Below, piece by piece: positions 19,197 to 27,681 of a stretch of 64,000 nucleotides of DNA. Where the stretch lies: positions 29,036 to 93,035 of the forward strand of contig DULZ01000004.1 of NCBI GenBank assembly GCA_012840125.1. Direction: 5' to 3'. This stretch comes from Clostridia bacterium. GTDB taxonomy: Bacteria > Bacillota > DULZ01. The position numbers and the translations under genes are program-made. Each line of letters begins with the position of its first letter. Position 1 is the stretch's first letter. The notes under the pieces were generated by a model. That model was not told where the DNA came from and did not search any database. It saw only the letters and a program-made list of their open reading frames with translations.

Positions 19197-19216
19197 GGAT
19201 GATGCATAAAACTAAA

Positions 19217-19248
19217 GCACCAGCCGGAACGGCTGGTGCTTCCTTTCT
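19217..19248 (+). terminator. rho-independent terminator
   Basis: GCACCAGCCG-gaac-GGCTGGTGC followed by TTCCTTTCT. Confidence 0.6.
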
Positions 19249-19253
19249 AGGAG

Positions 19254-20270
19254 GTGACCGGTATTAACAACAGGAAAGCATTAACACCCCTCATTGTAGG
19301 GATCATCTTACTCCTCGTCTTCCTGGTTGATCTATTCATCTTTCGCTTTGTCACCGGCCGGCCCTTAGGCCTCGCCCCCAGCGATTTGTCCTCCGGGCCT
19401 AACATCAGCGTAAACGCCCAAGCGGCTCCCGTAGCCGCCGGCTGGGTCACTCCCGGTGAGCCGTTCGTGCTGGTACCCCCCATGTCCTTTCAACCAGTAG
19501 ACAATCACGGCACCGGCAGCATCAGTGCCATCGGGTACGGGCGAGCCAACAACTCTTTATATCTTAAGATTCGCCTGCATGAAAGCCTGGATATGAGCTT
19601 AAAGAAAGGATGGGGCAAAGCTTTCCAGCTCCTTGACTCAAAAGGCAGCAGTTATCTTTACGATTCCTACTCTTTACCGGCCGGGGTACATCTATACGAT
19701 CCCCTGGTGGACCTACCGGACGATTTGAGAGCTAACCTTACCGTTTTGACCGGTGGTTACAAAGATCTATATCTCTGTTTTCCGGAGTTTCCCGCCGCCG
19801 CCGAACCGGTGCAGTTGAGGCTCATTGAGGCATTTCAGGGAAACAGCCCTGCCAACCCCGGCATTATCTATCATGATATCGCTCTTACTCCTGCCGGTTC
19901 GGCCCTGAATACGGAAGCGGTGATGGCGTTGGACAGCCTGGAACTGGATTTGACATCACTCCCACCCTTATCCTTGGCCGACCAGGAGTTGGAGATAACC
20001 TTCAAAGAATTACGGCTGGATGAGCAGTTGTTTCCCCGGCTGACCCTGGATGTCGCCCCGCAAACCTCAGGTGCCTACTTGTTAGACAGCCTGCTCATCG
20101 ATGAAACGGGACAGAATTACACCATGCTGCAGCTGGATGAAGCCGTTCCTTTGGACCGGCAGCAGGTACAACTGCTGTACGAGCGATTGCCCGAGCACGT
20201 TCAAATTAAGCAGGTGTGGTTTAAACTGTCTATAGACAACACCGAGTACGAATTAATTGCGGAAATCTAA
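19254..20270 (+). CDS. hypothetical membrane-anchored protein (N-terminal TM helix, ~300-aa extracytoplasmic domain)
   Basis: Long ORF with normal composition. The N-terminus ALTPLIVGIILLLVFLVDLFIF is hydrophobic. No recognisable catalytic motif. The start codon is uncertain (GTG within or just after AGGAGGTG). Confidence 0.5.
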   Translation: MTGINNRKALTPLIVGIILLLVFLVDLFIFRFVTGRPLGLAPSDLSSGPNISVNAQAAPVAAGWVTPGEPFVLVPPMSFQPVDNHGTGSISAIGYGRANNSLYLKIRLHESLDMSLKKGWGKAFQLLDSKGSSYLYDSYSLPAGVHLYDPLVDLPDDLRANLTVLTGGYKDLYLCFPEFPAAAEPVQLRLIEAFQGNSPANPGIIYHDIALTPAGSALNTEAVMALDSLELDLTSLPPLSLADQELEITFKELRLDEQLFPRLTLDVAPQTSGAYLLDSLLIDETGQNYTMLQLDEAVPLDRQQVQLLYERLPEHVQIKQVWFKLSIDNTEYELIAEI

Positions 20271-20303
20271 GGGGGCTGTTGCACGAACAGCCCCAGTCTT
20301 TTT
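20271..20303 (+). terminator. rho-independent terminator
   Basis: GGGGGCTGTT-gcac-GAACAGCCCC followed by AGTCTTTTT. Confidence 0.65.
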
Positions 20304-20444
20304 CAGGCATTCGACTATGCAAGTAAGAGGTATCAACAAAACACGTCGAATTAAAGAGCCTTGGCAAACTCATCCTGCCTTGCTCATGCAGTCTGACCTA
20401 GAGTGATGCTTCGCGGTCTGGCACCCGGCGTTTTTCCGGACAGG

Positions 20445-20477
20445 AATCCCGCTTTCGCTCTAGGCGGGATCTTTTTT
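20445..20477 (+). terminator. second, orphan rho-independent terminator ~140 nt downstream of the previous one
   Basis: ATCCCGC-tttcgctctag-GCGGGAT followed by CTTTTTTG. No CDS lies between the two terminators. Confidence 0.45.
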
Positions 20478-21035
20478 GTGTTCTTCCATTTCGGTAAAGG
20501 AAAAAGACGGCGAGCCACATCCGAGACTTTCTCCCCCTTCCATAAATCCTTGTTTGTCCCGGACCGCCGCCTGTGCTTGCTTAACTCCCTTAAGGTCACC
20601 ACCTTAGTGCCTTTTGCAGCCAGCCGCACACACTCTTGGCAACGTTTGCCACCTGAAAGTAACGGCCGTCTTCCGGCACCAGTACATCTCCCCGGGACAC
20701 ATTATCTGAAGCCATCAGGGCGGAAAGATCGGTAGTGGGCGAAACAGTAATGACCGCCATCGGAATACTTCCATTCCAGAAACAGCATCTCGGTGGTTAA
20801 TAGCATTATATGCGCCCATGCCATTTCCTGCCACTTGCAGCGACAAGAGCGCTGCTTGTTACCGCCTCCGGGGGATAAAAAAACAGCCACCTGGGAAAAG
20901 GCAGCTACCTCTAAGTAAAAAGACAAAAGGATGGAATTACCTGTTTCGTAAACAGCTTGGAGCCGCCAATCGCAGCGGCGGCTATGTCGACATATCACCT
21001 GATCGTAACGGGTGGAACATAACTGCCCCTGACAG

Positions 21036-21073
21036 TAAAAAGACGGCAGCCGGAATCTTCCAGTTGCCGTCTT
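21036..21073 (-). terminator. rho-independent terminator ending the dsr supercluster (downstream of second dsrK)
   Basis: Minus strand AAGACGGCAACTGG-aagattcc-GGCTGCCGTCTT followed by TTTTAC. Confidence 0.55.
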
Positions 21074-21086
21074 TTGCTCTCCTTTT

Positions 21087-22700
21087 TTACTCTTCATCCA
21101 AGAACTCCAGGAAAGGTCTATCCAAATCCGCCAGGGCATTGACCATGATTTCTACTAAGCCGGTATAATGCAGGTTATACTTGTTGGTGGCATCATAATA
21201 CTCAAAGATATCCCGGATGGTCCCCTTGCAGTTGGAGCACGGGGCGCAAACTACTTTAAGCACCTCAGGATTACCGGCATCCTCGCCAAAAGCCTCAAGG
21301 ATTTGCTTAAACTTCATCCTGGCACTGACCTTATTGCGGAAGTCGCTGAAATTCATGGAGTTCATGATGGCAAAGCCGCTGCCGCCCCCGCAGCAATAAT
21401 TGTGCACCCCGTGGGGGGTCATTTCCCTGAAGCCGGGAGCAATGGCTTTAAGTATCTCCCGCTGGGGCTGCACAATCCCCATGGACCGCACCACGTTACA
21501 GGGATCGTGCAGGGTCACCGGAAAGTTGTTCTTGCTGGGATCCAGCTTCAGGCGTTTATCCTTGACCAGTTCCCACAAAAGGGGCAAGCAGCTTTCCCTG
21601 GGAATGTAGTTTTGGGACGTCACGATCCGGTCCATGCTCACGGCGGCGGCCCGGTGGGCGTGGCCGCATTCCCCGATCACAATGCGCTTCACACCCAGTT
21701 CTTTAGCCGCCTTAAATTGTGCCTCCGCTATCCTGCGCGCCATCACATCATCATACCAGACCCCGTAGTTCACACTGTCATAGCCAATTAAATCGCTGCT
21801 TAAAGTCCAGTCCAGGCCTGCTTCTTCAAATAAGATGGCAAAAGCGGCAGGGTTTTCGGGCCAGGCCATGAATTCCCCGGCATTGTGCACCAGCAGTATG
21901 TCTGCACCCTTCTTGTCAACGGGAAACTTGATTTTCTTGCCTGTTTTTTCTTCAATATCTTCCTCGATGAACTCCAGCATGTCCAGCAAGGCCGGCTTGG
22001 TCAGCCCCGTGGAGGAGCCCGTTTGCAATTGCAGCATGGTACCCTTCTCATGCAGGGGTTTGGGTGCGATGCCCAGTTCCATGCTCATGATTTTTCTAAT
22101 TTCCCTGGCGATCAAGGCATTGTCCAACCCCAGGGGACAAGCCTGGGCACAGCGGCGGCACAGATTACAGCGGTAAGCCAATTCCGCCAACCGGGCCATC
22201 CCTTCCCAGTTCAGTTCCATGTCGGCACCGACCAAAGGCCCCAACAACTTTCCTCCGGTAGTGCAGTATTTTTTTATCAATTTTCGCAAAACTTCAGAAC
22301 GGAAGATGGGTCGATACAGTTCATTGCGGCCGCTGGCCAAAAAAACGTGGCAAGCGTCGGAGCACGTGTTACACTTGGCGCAGTATTCCAGGGACAACAA
22401 GGCCGGCTGCAGCCAGTTCTTATTGGTTTCTTCCGACAACAGTTTTTCCATACCCCGCAAAAATGCCTGAACCTGTTTCTCTTCTTCCCCTTTGTCAGCA
22501 GGCCGTACCAAGGTGTCAATGCCGACAAATCCATCCAAAGAAGCGCAGTGTTTTTCGCACCAGGTATCCTTCACAGGCATGAAAGGCGGTTCCAGGTCCG
22601 GGGCATCATACGGATGCGGCAGCGGCATTAACTCTGCTTCATTCAGTTTGACCAGTTGTCCTTCTTTACGAGATAGATCCTTAGGATGAATCAAGCTCAT
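21087..22700 (-). CDS. dsrK: DsrK-like CCG-domain iron-sulfur oxidoreductase (HdrD-like), second copy
   Basis: Two ferredoxin-type motifs (CAKCNTCSDACHV and CNLCRRCAQACPLG) plus CCG domains (HDPCN...CCGGGSGF...CAPCSNC). Paralogous to 33399-35024. Directly follows a DsrM-like gene. Confidence 0.7.
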   Translation of the reverse strand: MSLIHPKDLSRKEGQLVKLNEAELMPLPHPYDAPDLEPPFMPVKDTWCEKHCASLDGFVGIDTLVRPADKGEEEKQVQAFLRGMEKLLSEETNKNWLQPALLSLEYCAKCNTCSDACHVFLASGRNELYRPIFRSEVLRKLIKKYCTTGGKLLGPLVGADMELNWEGMARLAELAYRCNLCRRCAQACPLGLDNALIAREIRKIMSMELGIAPKPLHEKGTMLQLQTGSSTGLTKPALLDMLEFIEEDIEEKTGKKIKFPVDKKGADILLVHNAGEFMAWPENPAAFAILFEEAGLDWTLSSDLIGYDSVNYGVWYDDVMARRIAEAQFKAAKELGVKRIVIGECGHAHRAAAVSMDRIVTSQNYIPRESCLPLLWELVKDKRLKLDPSKNNFPVTLHDPCNVVRSMGIVQPQREILKAIAPGFREMTPHGVHNYCCGGGSGFAIMNSMNFSDFRNKVSARMKFKQILEAFGEDAGNPEVLKVVCAPCSNCKGTIRDIFEYYDATNKYNLHYTGLVEIMVNALADLDRPFLEFLDEE

Positions 22701-22714
22701 CGTCTTCCTCCCTT

Positions 22715-23674
22715 CTACTGCCCCGAAGCTTGACTAGACGGCGGCTTAATATGAGGCGCAGACCAAGTAGTACTTGGCTTCTGTTTCTGCCCTTCTTCCA
22801 CAGCCTTCATGATGGCGGAATCGGGCAGGTTTGGTTCATTGTCCCACAGAACCTTGTGGAAGGAAAAGTACTTTCCTACATAGTGACTCATTTTAGAAAC
22901 AGGAATGTAAATCAAGAGGCAGCCCAACAGCACCACATGCCAAATCACCAGGCCTTCCATCGCCAGCGGTTCAAATCTTAAGAGGGCCGCTGCCATTTGC
23001 CTGGCCCCGTCAAACACCGGATCGCCGGACCACAACACTAAACCGGTAACCGCCACGACGAAAATAAACAACAGGTTAAAATAATCCTGCGGGTTGGAAT
23101 AAATGCGCAGTGAGGCATCTCCCAAGCGCTTGAAGAATAAGGACAGGGAACCGAAAGCCACAAGCACACCCCCGGCCCCGCCGCACAGGCACGTGAGGTA
23201 AAATAATAAACTGGGCCAGATCCCATTGCCCGCGGCTACCTCTACCCCTGAATTGACCGTAAGCCCGCCTAGGAATAGCAACAGGGCCCAAGCAATTAAC
23301 AAATAAATGCCGAGGTGCATTGCATAAGACAGCCACCAGAGAGGTCTCTGGTTGTCAAACAGCTTTTTGATAAAGAGCATCTCCTTGAGCATATCCACCA
23401 ATTCGCCCATGAAAGATGTCTCCCTGGGTTTTTGCCACCAGAGATGCTCTTCATAGTAGGAACCCCCGTATTCACCCCTGCCTTTTTCCTTCGGCACCGG
23501 GTACAATTCCCACCTGGTGTGCATGGGCATTTTGGCGTACTTGAAGGCCTTCCCCAAGGAAAGCACAATGAAGCCTACGACAGCCAAGCAAATGAAAGCT
23601 TCCAATACCAAGTCAACTATCCCCCTCCTATTTAAGATCCCTCGAGAAATCCAGCCGGTAAATAGGAACATCAC
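22715..23674 (-). CDS. dsrM: DsrM-like membrane-bound b-type cytochrome (NarI-like), second copy
   Basis: Polytopic membrane protein aligning with 30062-31048 (e.g. EMLFIKKLF with EVLCFRSLF), with His-containing TM helices. Adjacent to the DsrK-like gene. Confidence 0.65.
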   Translation of the reverse strand: MMFLFTGWISRGILNRRGIVDLVLEAFICLAVVGFIVLSLGKAFKYAKMPMHTRWELYPVPKEKGRGEYGGSYYEEHLWWQKPRETSFMGELVDMLKEMLFIKKLFDNQRPLWWLSYAMHLGIYLLIAWALLLFLGGLTVNSGVEVAAGNGIWPSLLFYLTCLCGGAGGVLVAFGSLSLFFKRLGDASLRIYSNPQDYFNLLFIFVVAVTGLVLWSGDPVFDGARQMAAALLRFEPLAMEGLVIWHVVLLGCLLIYIPVSKMSHYVGKYFSFHKVLWDNEPNLPDSAIMKAVEEGQKQKPSTTWSAPHIKPPSSQASGQ

Positions 23675-25082
23675 CCTGGGCTGTTTTCTTATTTTTGTAC
23701 CAGCGAGCCAAGGTCACAAAATTGGCGGCCCATTCTTTCGCCCCTAAAGCATGGAGATGATTGTAAGAAGCGAACACGTTCTTATAAAGTAACCCGTCAT
23801 GCTGCCCGTCAATGCCATGGCCGCGGCGGACGCGATAAACCAATCCGGTTCCGGGAGGCAGCTCCAGATTTACCATGCGTGTGTGAAAGAACTCATGCCC
23901 CCTGACGACCGTCCCTAGGGAAACCAGCGGGTTGGGCTGTGCCACTTCTAACAAGGTATAGCCGTGACCCACGGGCTTTTCTTCCTTCACACCGTCAAAA
24001 GGCAAAAGACCTACCATGGGATACCGGACACCATCGACGCAAATACTCCGGCCCAGAAAAGTCATGCCGCCGCATTCCGCATAAATGGGGAGACCCGCCT
24101 CAGCTTTCTCCCTGACAGACTCCATGAAGCTCTTATTCATGTTCAACGCCTGGCCATACTCCTCCGGAAACCCTCCACCAATCAGCAGGGCGTCAACATC
24201 GGGCAACCCTTCATCATGCAAGCTGTTGATAAACTCCAGTCTTGCTCCCGCCTGAACTAATGCTTCCAGGTTTTCCGGGTAATAGAAGGAAAACACCTGG
24301 TCTCTTACAACACCGATAGTCACCGAAGGAGATCCTTCCTCCACGGGCGGCAGGCCGTCATCCATTGTTAAGGGAGGAGCGCCGTTGGCCAGAGCCATGA
24401 TAGCGTCTAAATCCATATTCTCCATGATCAGTCCTGTAGCTGTCTGGAACAGCCTGGCCAACTCTTCATTTTCCGATGCAGGTATCAAGCCCAGGTGCCG
24501 GTTCGGGATGCGAATGCCGCTGTTCTTTGGGACTACCCCTAAGACCGGTAAACCGCAGTAGTCCCGGATACAATCCTCCAACATCTTGCGATGCCTGCTC
24601 CTGGCCACATGGTTCAAGATGACGCCGGCAATATTGACCTCCGGGTCAAAGTGCTGGAATCCCATCACCATGGCCGCGGCACTCCTGGTCATCCGGCGGC
24701 AATCAATCACCAGGATCACCGGTGCCCGGAGCTTTTTCGCCAGCTGGGCCGTACTGCCGCTGCCTTCCCGGTCCAAACCGTCGTACAACCCCATGTTTCC
24801 TTCCACGATGGCAATATCAGCGCCTCGGCTCGCTGTAATGAAGCTCCCGAGCAGGGTCTCATCATCCATCAGGTAGCAGTCTAAGTTACGGCACGTATTC
24901 CGGGCCATTACCGACAGCCAGCTGGGATCGATAAAATCGGGACCCTTTTTGAAAGGCTGGACTTTAATCCCTTTCGCCGTTAAAGCACCGAGCAGCCCTA
25001 ATGTAACTGTGGTCTTTCCCGACTGGCCATGCGGAGCAGCTATCACTAGACGCGGAATTCTCATCGCTTGTGTCATTGGCAT
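23628..25082 (-). CDS. dsrN: DsrN-like amidotransferase (cobyrinate a,c-diamide synthase family; putative siroheme amidase)
   Basis: APHGQSGKTTVTLGLLGALTAKGIKVQPFKKGPDFIDP is a CbiA-family N-terminal ATPase, with a C-terminal GATase-like domain. It is a second CbiA paralog embedded in the dsr operon, the expected DsrN position. Confidence 0.65.
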   Translation of the reverse strand: MPMTQAMRIPRLVIAAPHGQSGKTTVTLGLLGALTAKGIKVQPFKKGPDFIDPSWLSVMARNTCRNLDCYLMDDETLLGSFITASRGADIAIVEGNMGLYDGLDREGSGSTAQLAKKLRAPVILVIDCRRMTRSAAAMVMGFQHFDPEVNIAGVILNHVARSRHRKMLEDCIRDYCGLPVLGVVPKNSGIRIPNRHLGLIPASENEELARLFQTATGLIMENMDLDAIMALANGAPPLTMDDGLPPVEEGSPSVTIGVVRDQVFSFYYPENLEALVQAGARLEFINSLHDEGLPDVDALLIGGGFPEEYGQALNMNKSFMESVREKAEAGLPIYAECGGMTFLGRSICVDGVRYPMVGLLPFDGVKEEKPVGHGYTLLEVAQPNPLVSLGTVVRGHEFFHTRMVNLELPPGTGLVYRVRRGHGIDGQHDGLLYKNVFASYNHLHALGAKEWAANFVTLARWYKNKKTAQGDVPIYRLDFSRDLK

Positions 25083-25110
25083 CCCTCTCCCAATTTAAAA
25101 TCAACCTGCT

Positions 25111-26808
25111 TTAATCTGATACCAGCATCTCCTTTGGCAATGCGTACACTCCTCCTTCGAGGGATAAGACATCGGTGAAGCCCGCCCCCAGGAGGATGCG
25201 TTGAGCTTCGTAAGCCCTGGTCCCTAACTCGCAGAAGGTAATGATCTTCTTATCCTTTGGCACTTCCGCCAACCTTTGATGCAACTCATAAAGTGGTATG
25301 TGCAGCTTTTGTTCCACTGCCAGCACCCGGTCTGCCGCTTCACCGGGGGTGCGGACGTCTAAAATCAGGACATGGGGGTCGTTCTCCAGCAGGGACTGGA
25401 ATTCTTTAACGTCAACCCCTTTTAAAATCCCTTGGCATTTATTCCGCAGCGTATTGACGGCATGCAGGCCCAGATCAATGGGCGTCGCAAAAGGAGGCGC
25501 GTATCCCAAGTCCAAAGCGGCAATTTGGTCCAGGGTGGCGCCTAACTGCATGGCGGTACTCAAGACATCCAGTCTCTTGATGACCTCGCCGGGACCCACC
25601 CCTTGCGCTCCCAAAAGCTTGTGGGTCTCCGCACAGGCAATGAGTTTGATGATACCGTTGCCGTGCAGCGGGTGATAATGAGCCGCATCCACCCCGGCGG
25701 TGAAACTGGTGATGACTGAGTATCCCAGTTCCATGGCTTCCTTTTCCGTTAAACCTGTCTTGCCGCCGTTTAATTCAAACACCTGGAAAACACCGGTTCC
25801 CATAATGCCCGGGAAAGTTTCTCGGAGCCCGGCCAAATTACTGCCGACTACCCGGCCTTGCTTGTTGGCGGTGGAAGCCAGAGGAACGTACACCGGCTTC
25901 CCGCTGAGCAAGTGCCTGTTTTCCACACAATCCCCTGCAGCGTAGATATGCGGATCACTGGTGCTGAGGTACTCATTCACTTGAATGGCTCCCGTCGGAC
26001 CTATAGCTAGACCTGCCCCTTGGGCCAGTGCCACGTTAGGCCTCACACCGCAGGCCAGGATGACTAAATCGGCCTCCAGCCGCTCCTGGGATAAGATCAC
26101 ACACTTCTCACCTGCCGAGCCTGCCTCAATGCCTAACACGGTTTCACCGGTACGGACTTCCACCCGGTTCATCTCCATTTCCCGGCTGACAAAAGACGCC
26201 ATTTCCGGGTCCAAGAGGCCCGGCAACAGCTGGTTCTCTTTTTCAACCAGCACCACACGCCGCTTGGCACCGGCCAGGGCCGCAGCTACCTCAATACCAA
26301 TCAGGCCGCCGCCAATCACTACGATCCGGTGGGCACCCTGCTTCAGCTTTTCCCGTACCAGCAGGGCATCATCGGGGTGGTGCAGCACGATAACCCCTTC
26401 CAAGTTCACCCCCGGGATCGGCGGGATCACCGGTTTCGCGCCGGTGGCCAGCACCAGCTGGTCATAGTTTATTTTAAAGGTCTTATTGTTTTCCAAATCA
26501 AAGAGGGAAACTTCCTTGTTCACCGGGTCAATGTCCTCAGCTAAAGTGCGCACCAGGAAATTAATTCTCTTTTCATTGCGAAAATAGTTGACATCTCTTT
26601 TCATGCCGTAAGCAGTCGAAGTCAAGGGGGCCAACCCGGCTACCATCCCTTGCAGCAGGAGGGGCAACCCGCAGCTGCCGTAAGAAATAAGACTCCCCTT
26701 GTCAATCACCGTAATCTCGGCCTCAGGCAACAAACGCCTGGCCCTGGCTGCCGCTTTTGGCCCGGCGGCTACTCCGCCGATCACAACTATTCTCTGTTTT
26801 TCCTGCAC
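25111..26808 (-). CDS. CoA-disulfide reductase-like FAD/NAD(P)H oxidoreductase fused to a C-terminal rhodanese domain (CoADR-RHD / persulfide reductase-like)
   Basis: Features in order: N-terminal RIVVIGGVAAGPKAA FAD fold; single redox Cys in SYGSCGLP; second Rossmann HRIVVIGGGLIGIE; C-terminal rhodanese module with active-site loop FCELGTRA (CxxGxR). Confidence 0.75.
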   Translation of the reverse strand: MQEKQRIVVIGGVAAGPKAAARARRLLPEAEITVIDKGSLISYGSCGLPLLLQGMVAGLAPLTSTAYGMKRDVNYFRNEKRINFLVRTLAEDIDPVNKEVSLFDLENNKTFKINYDQLVLATGAKPVIPPIPGVNLEGVIVLHHPDDALLVREKLKQGAHRIVVIGGGLIGIEVAAALAGAKRRVVLVEKENQLLPGLLDPEMASFVSREMEMNRVEVRTGETVLGIEAGSAGEKCVILSQERLEADLVILACGVRPNVALAQGAGLAIGPTGAIQVNEYLSTSDPHIYAAGDCVENRHLLSGKPVYVPLASTANKQGRVVGSNLAGLRETFPGIMGTGVFQVFELNGGKTGLTEKEAMELGYSVITSFTAGVDAAHYHPLHGNGIIKLIACAETHKLLGAQGVGPGEVIKRLDVLSTAMQLGATLDQIAALDLGYAPPFATPIDLGLHAVNTLRNKCQGILKGVDVKEFQSLLENDPHVLILDVRTPGEAADRVLAVEQKLHIPLYELHQRLAEVPKDKKIITFCELGTRAYEAQRILLGAGFTDVLSLEGGVYALPKEMLVSD

Positions 26809-26827
26809 TGCGGCACCCCCTTTGTTA

Positions 26828-26867
26828 CAAAATTTTGGTAGAGGGAACCGTGATCACGATTCCCTCT
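26828..26867 (-). terminator. partial terminator/attenuator hairpin between dsrC and the CoADR-RHD gene
   Basis: Minus strand AGAGGGAA-tcgtgatcacgg-TTCCCTCT followed by ACCAAAAUUUUG, a weak U-run. The CoADR-RHD RBS is immediately downstream. Confidence 0.4.
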
Positions 26868-26891
26868 AACCCGTTTTGGAGCAATAGTCGA

Positions 26892-27210
26892 TTATACGCA
26901 TCCCGTGGGCTTCGGTAAGCCGGCGATTTTACAAGCACCCTTGGCAGGTCCGCTGGGGAACAAATCATAAATCTGATTGAGTTTGAACCCCGTATCTTTG
27001 CACAGCTTGCGTACCATCGGAGCAATGCCGAACTGCTTGTAATAATCGTTCAGGTAACGGATCACTTTCCAGTGTTCTTCCGTCAGTTCCTCGATACCCT
27101 CGGTCTTAGCTAAGAACTCCGCCAGCTCCTCATTCCACAACGACGGATCTGTAATGAAACCATCCTCGTCTACCTCAATCTGCTGTCCTTTGTACTCAAT
27201 GAACGGCAAT
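26892..27210 (-). CDS. dsrC: DsrC (dissimilatory sulfite reductase gamma subunit; TusE/DsrC family)
   Basis: The C-terminus ...FPSGPAKGACKIAGLPKPTGCV carries the strictly conserved DsrC arm with both Cys. It aligns throughout with Desulfovibrio DsrC (YKG..EVDEDGF, GIAPMVR, TGFKL). TTG start at 27210 is preceded by GAGGAGGTG; the longer ORF in the track over-extends. Confidence 0.85.
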
Positions 27211-27237
27211 GCCAGCACCTCCTCATAATATTGAAAG

Positions 27238-27420
27238 TTATAATTCTTGCACTGTAACTGCACCGGTGGTGCAGACTTCCACGCAGGACTCACAGCCCAG
27301 GCATTCGTTTTCCGTTACGACAGCTACCCCGTCATCTAGTTCCAATACCCCGTTCGGGCAGTTATCAACACATTCACCGCAACCTGAGCACTTGTCAGCA
27401 TCAACGTTTACCAGATACAT
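27238..27420 (-). CDS. 2x[4Fe-4S] ferredoxin
   Basis: 60 aa with [12 protein letters not shown] and [11 protein letters not shown] motifs. Start MYLVNV with AAGGAAGGGTG RBS. Confidence 0.75.
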   Translation of the reverse strand: MYLVNVDADKCSGCGECVDNCPNGVLELDDGVAVVTENECLGCESCVEVCTTGAVTVQEL

Positions 27421-27486
27421 GTTTGTCACCCTTCCTTTTTGGGGCAGCAAGCCCTCCGCCGGGGAAGGCTTGCCGTCCCGGCGGAA

Positions 27487-27669
27487 TTATTTTAGTTTCA
27501 CGTAAGAAGTGCCTAGATAGAGAAATTCCACCAAGTCTTCTTTAGCTAGTTCTTTGACCACTGCATCCACATCACGCTTTTTCTCCCCTAATGCGTCAGC
27601 AATATCACGGCTCTTGGCTTTATCCACGGTCTGCAAATATTGCAAGATCCTTTCCCGCAGGTCAGACAT
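27487..27669 (-). CDS. dsrD: DsrD (small winged-helix protein of dsr operons)
   Basis: 60 aa MSDLRERILQYLQ...KSRDIADALGEKKRDVDAVVKELAKEDLVEFLYLGTSYVKLK. Its size, position immediately after dsrB and its C-terminal pattern resemble Desulfovibrio DsrD (...LEYWSSGSTTMYGLK). Confidence 0.7.
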   Translation of the reverse strand: MSDLRERILQYLQTVDKAKSRDIADALGEKKRDVDAVVKELAKEDLVEFLYLGTSYVKLK

Positions 27670-27681
27670 TTAATTCACCCC

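Noticed and set aside
20384-20735. ORFs 20384..20629(-) and 20403..20735(+) as real genes
   Set aside because: Both lack an RBS and have odd composition (Arg/Lys/Pro-rich). The minus-strand frames look like a frameshifted remnant rather than an intact gene. The region is reported as a possible pseudogene or sRNA.
21168-22631. Plus-strand ORFs 21168..21791 and 21885..22631 inside the second dsrK
   Set aside because: Antisense shadows, His/Gly/Pro-rich with no motifs.
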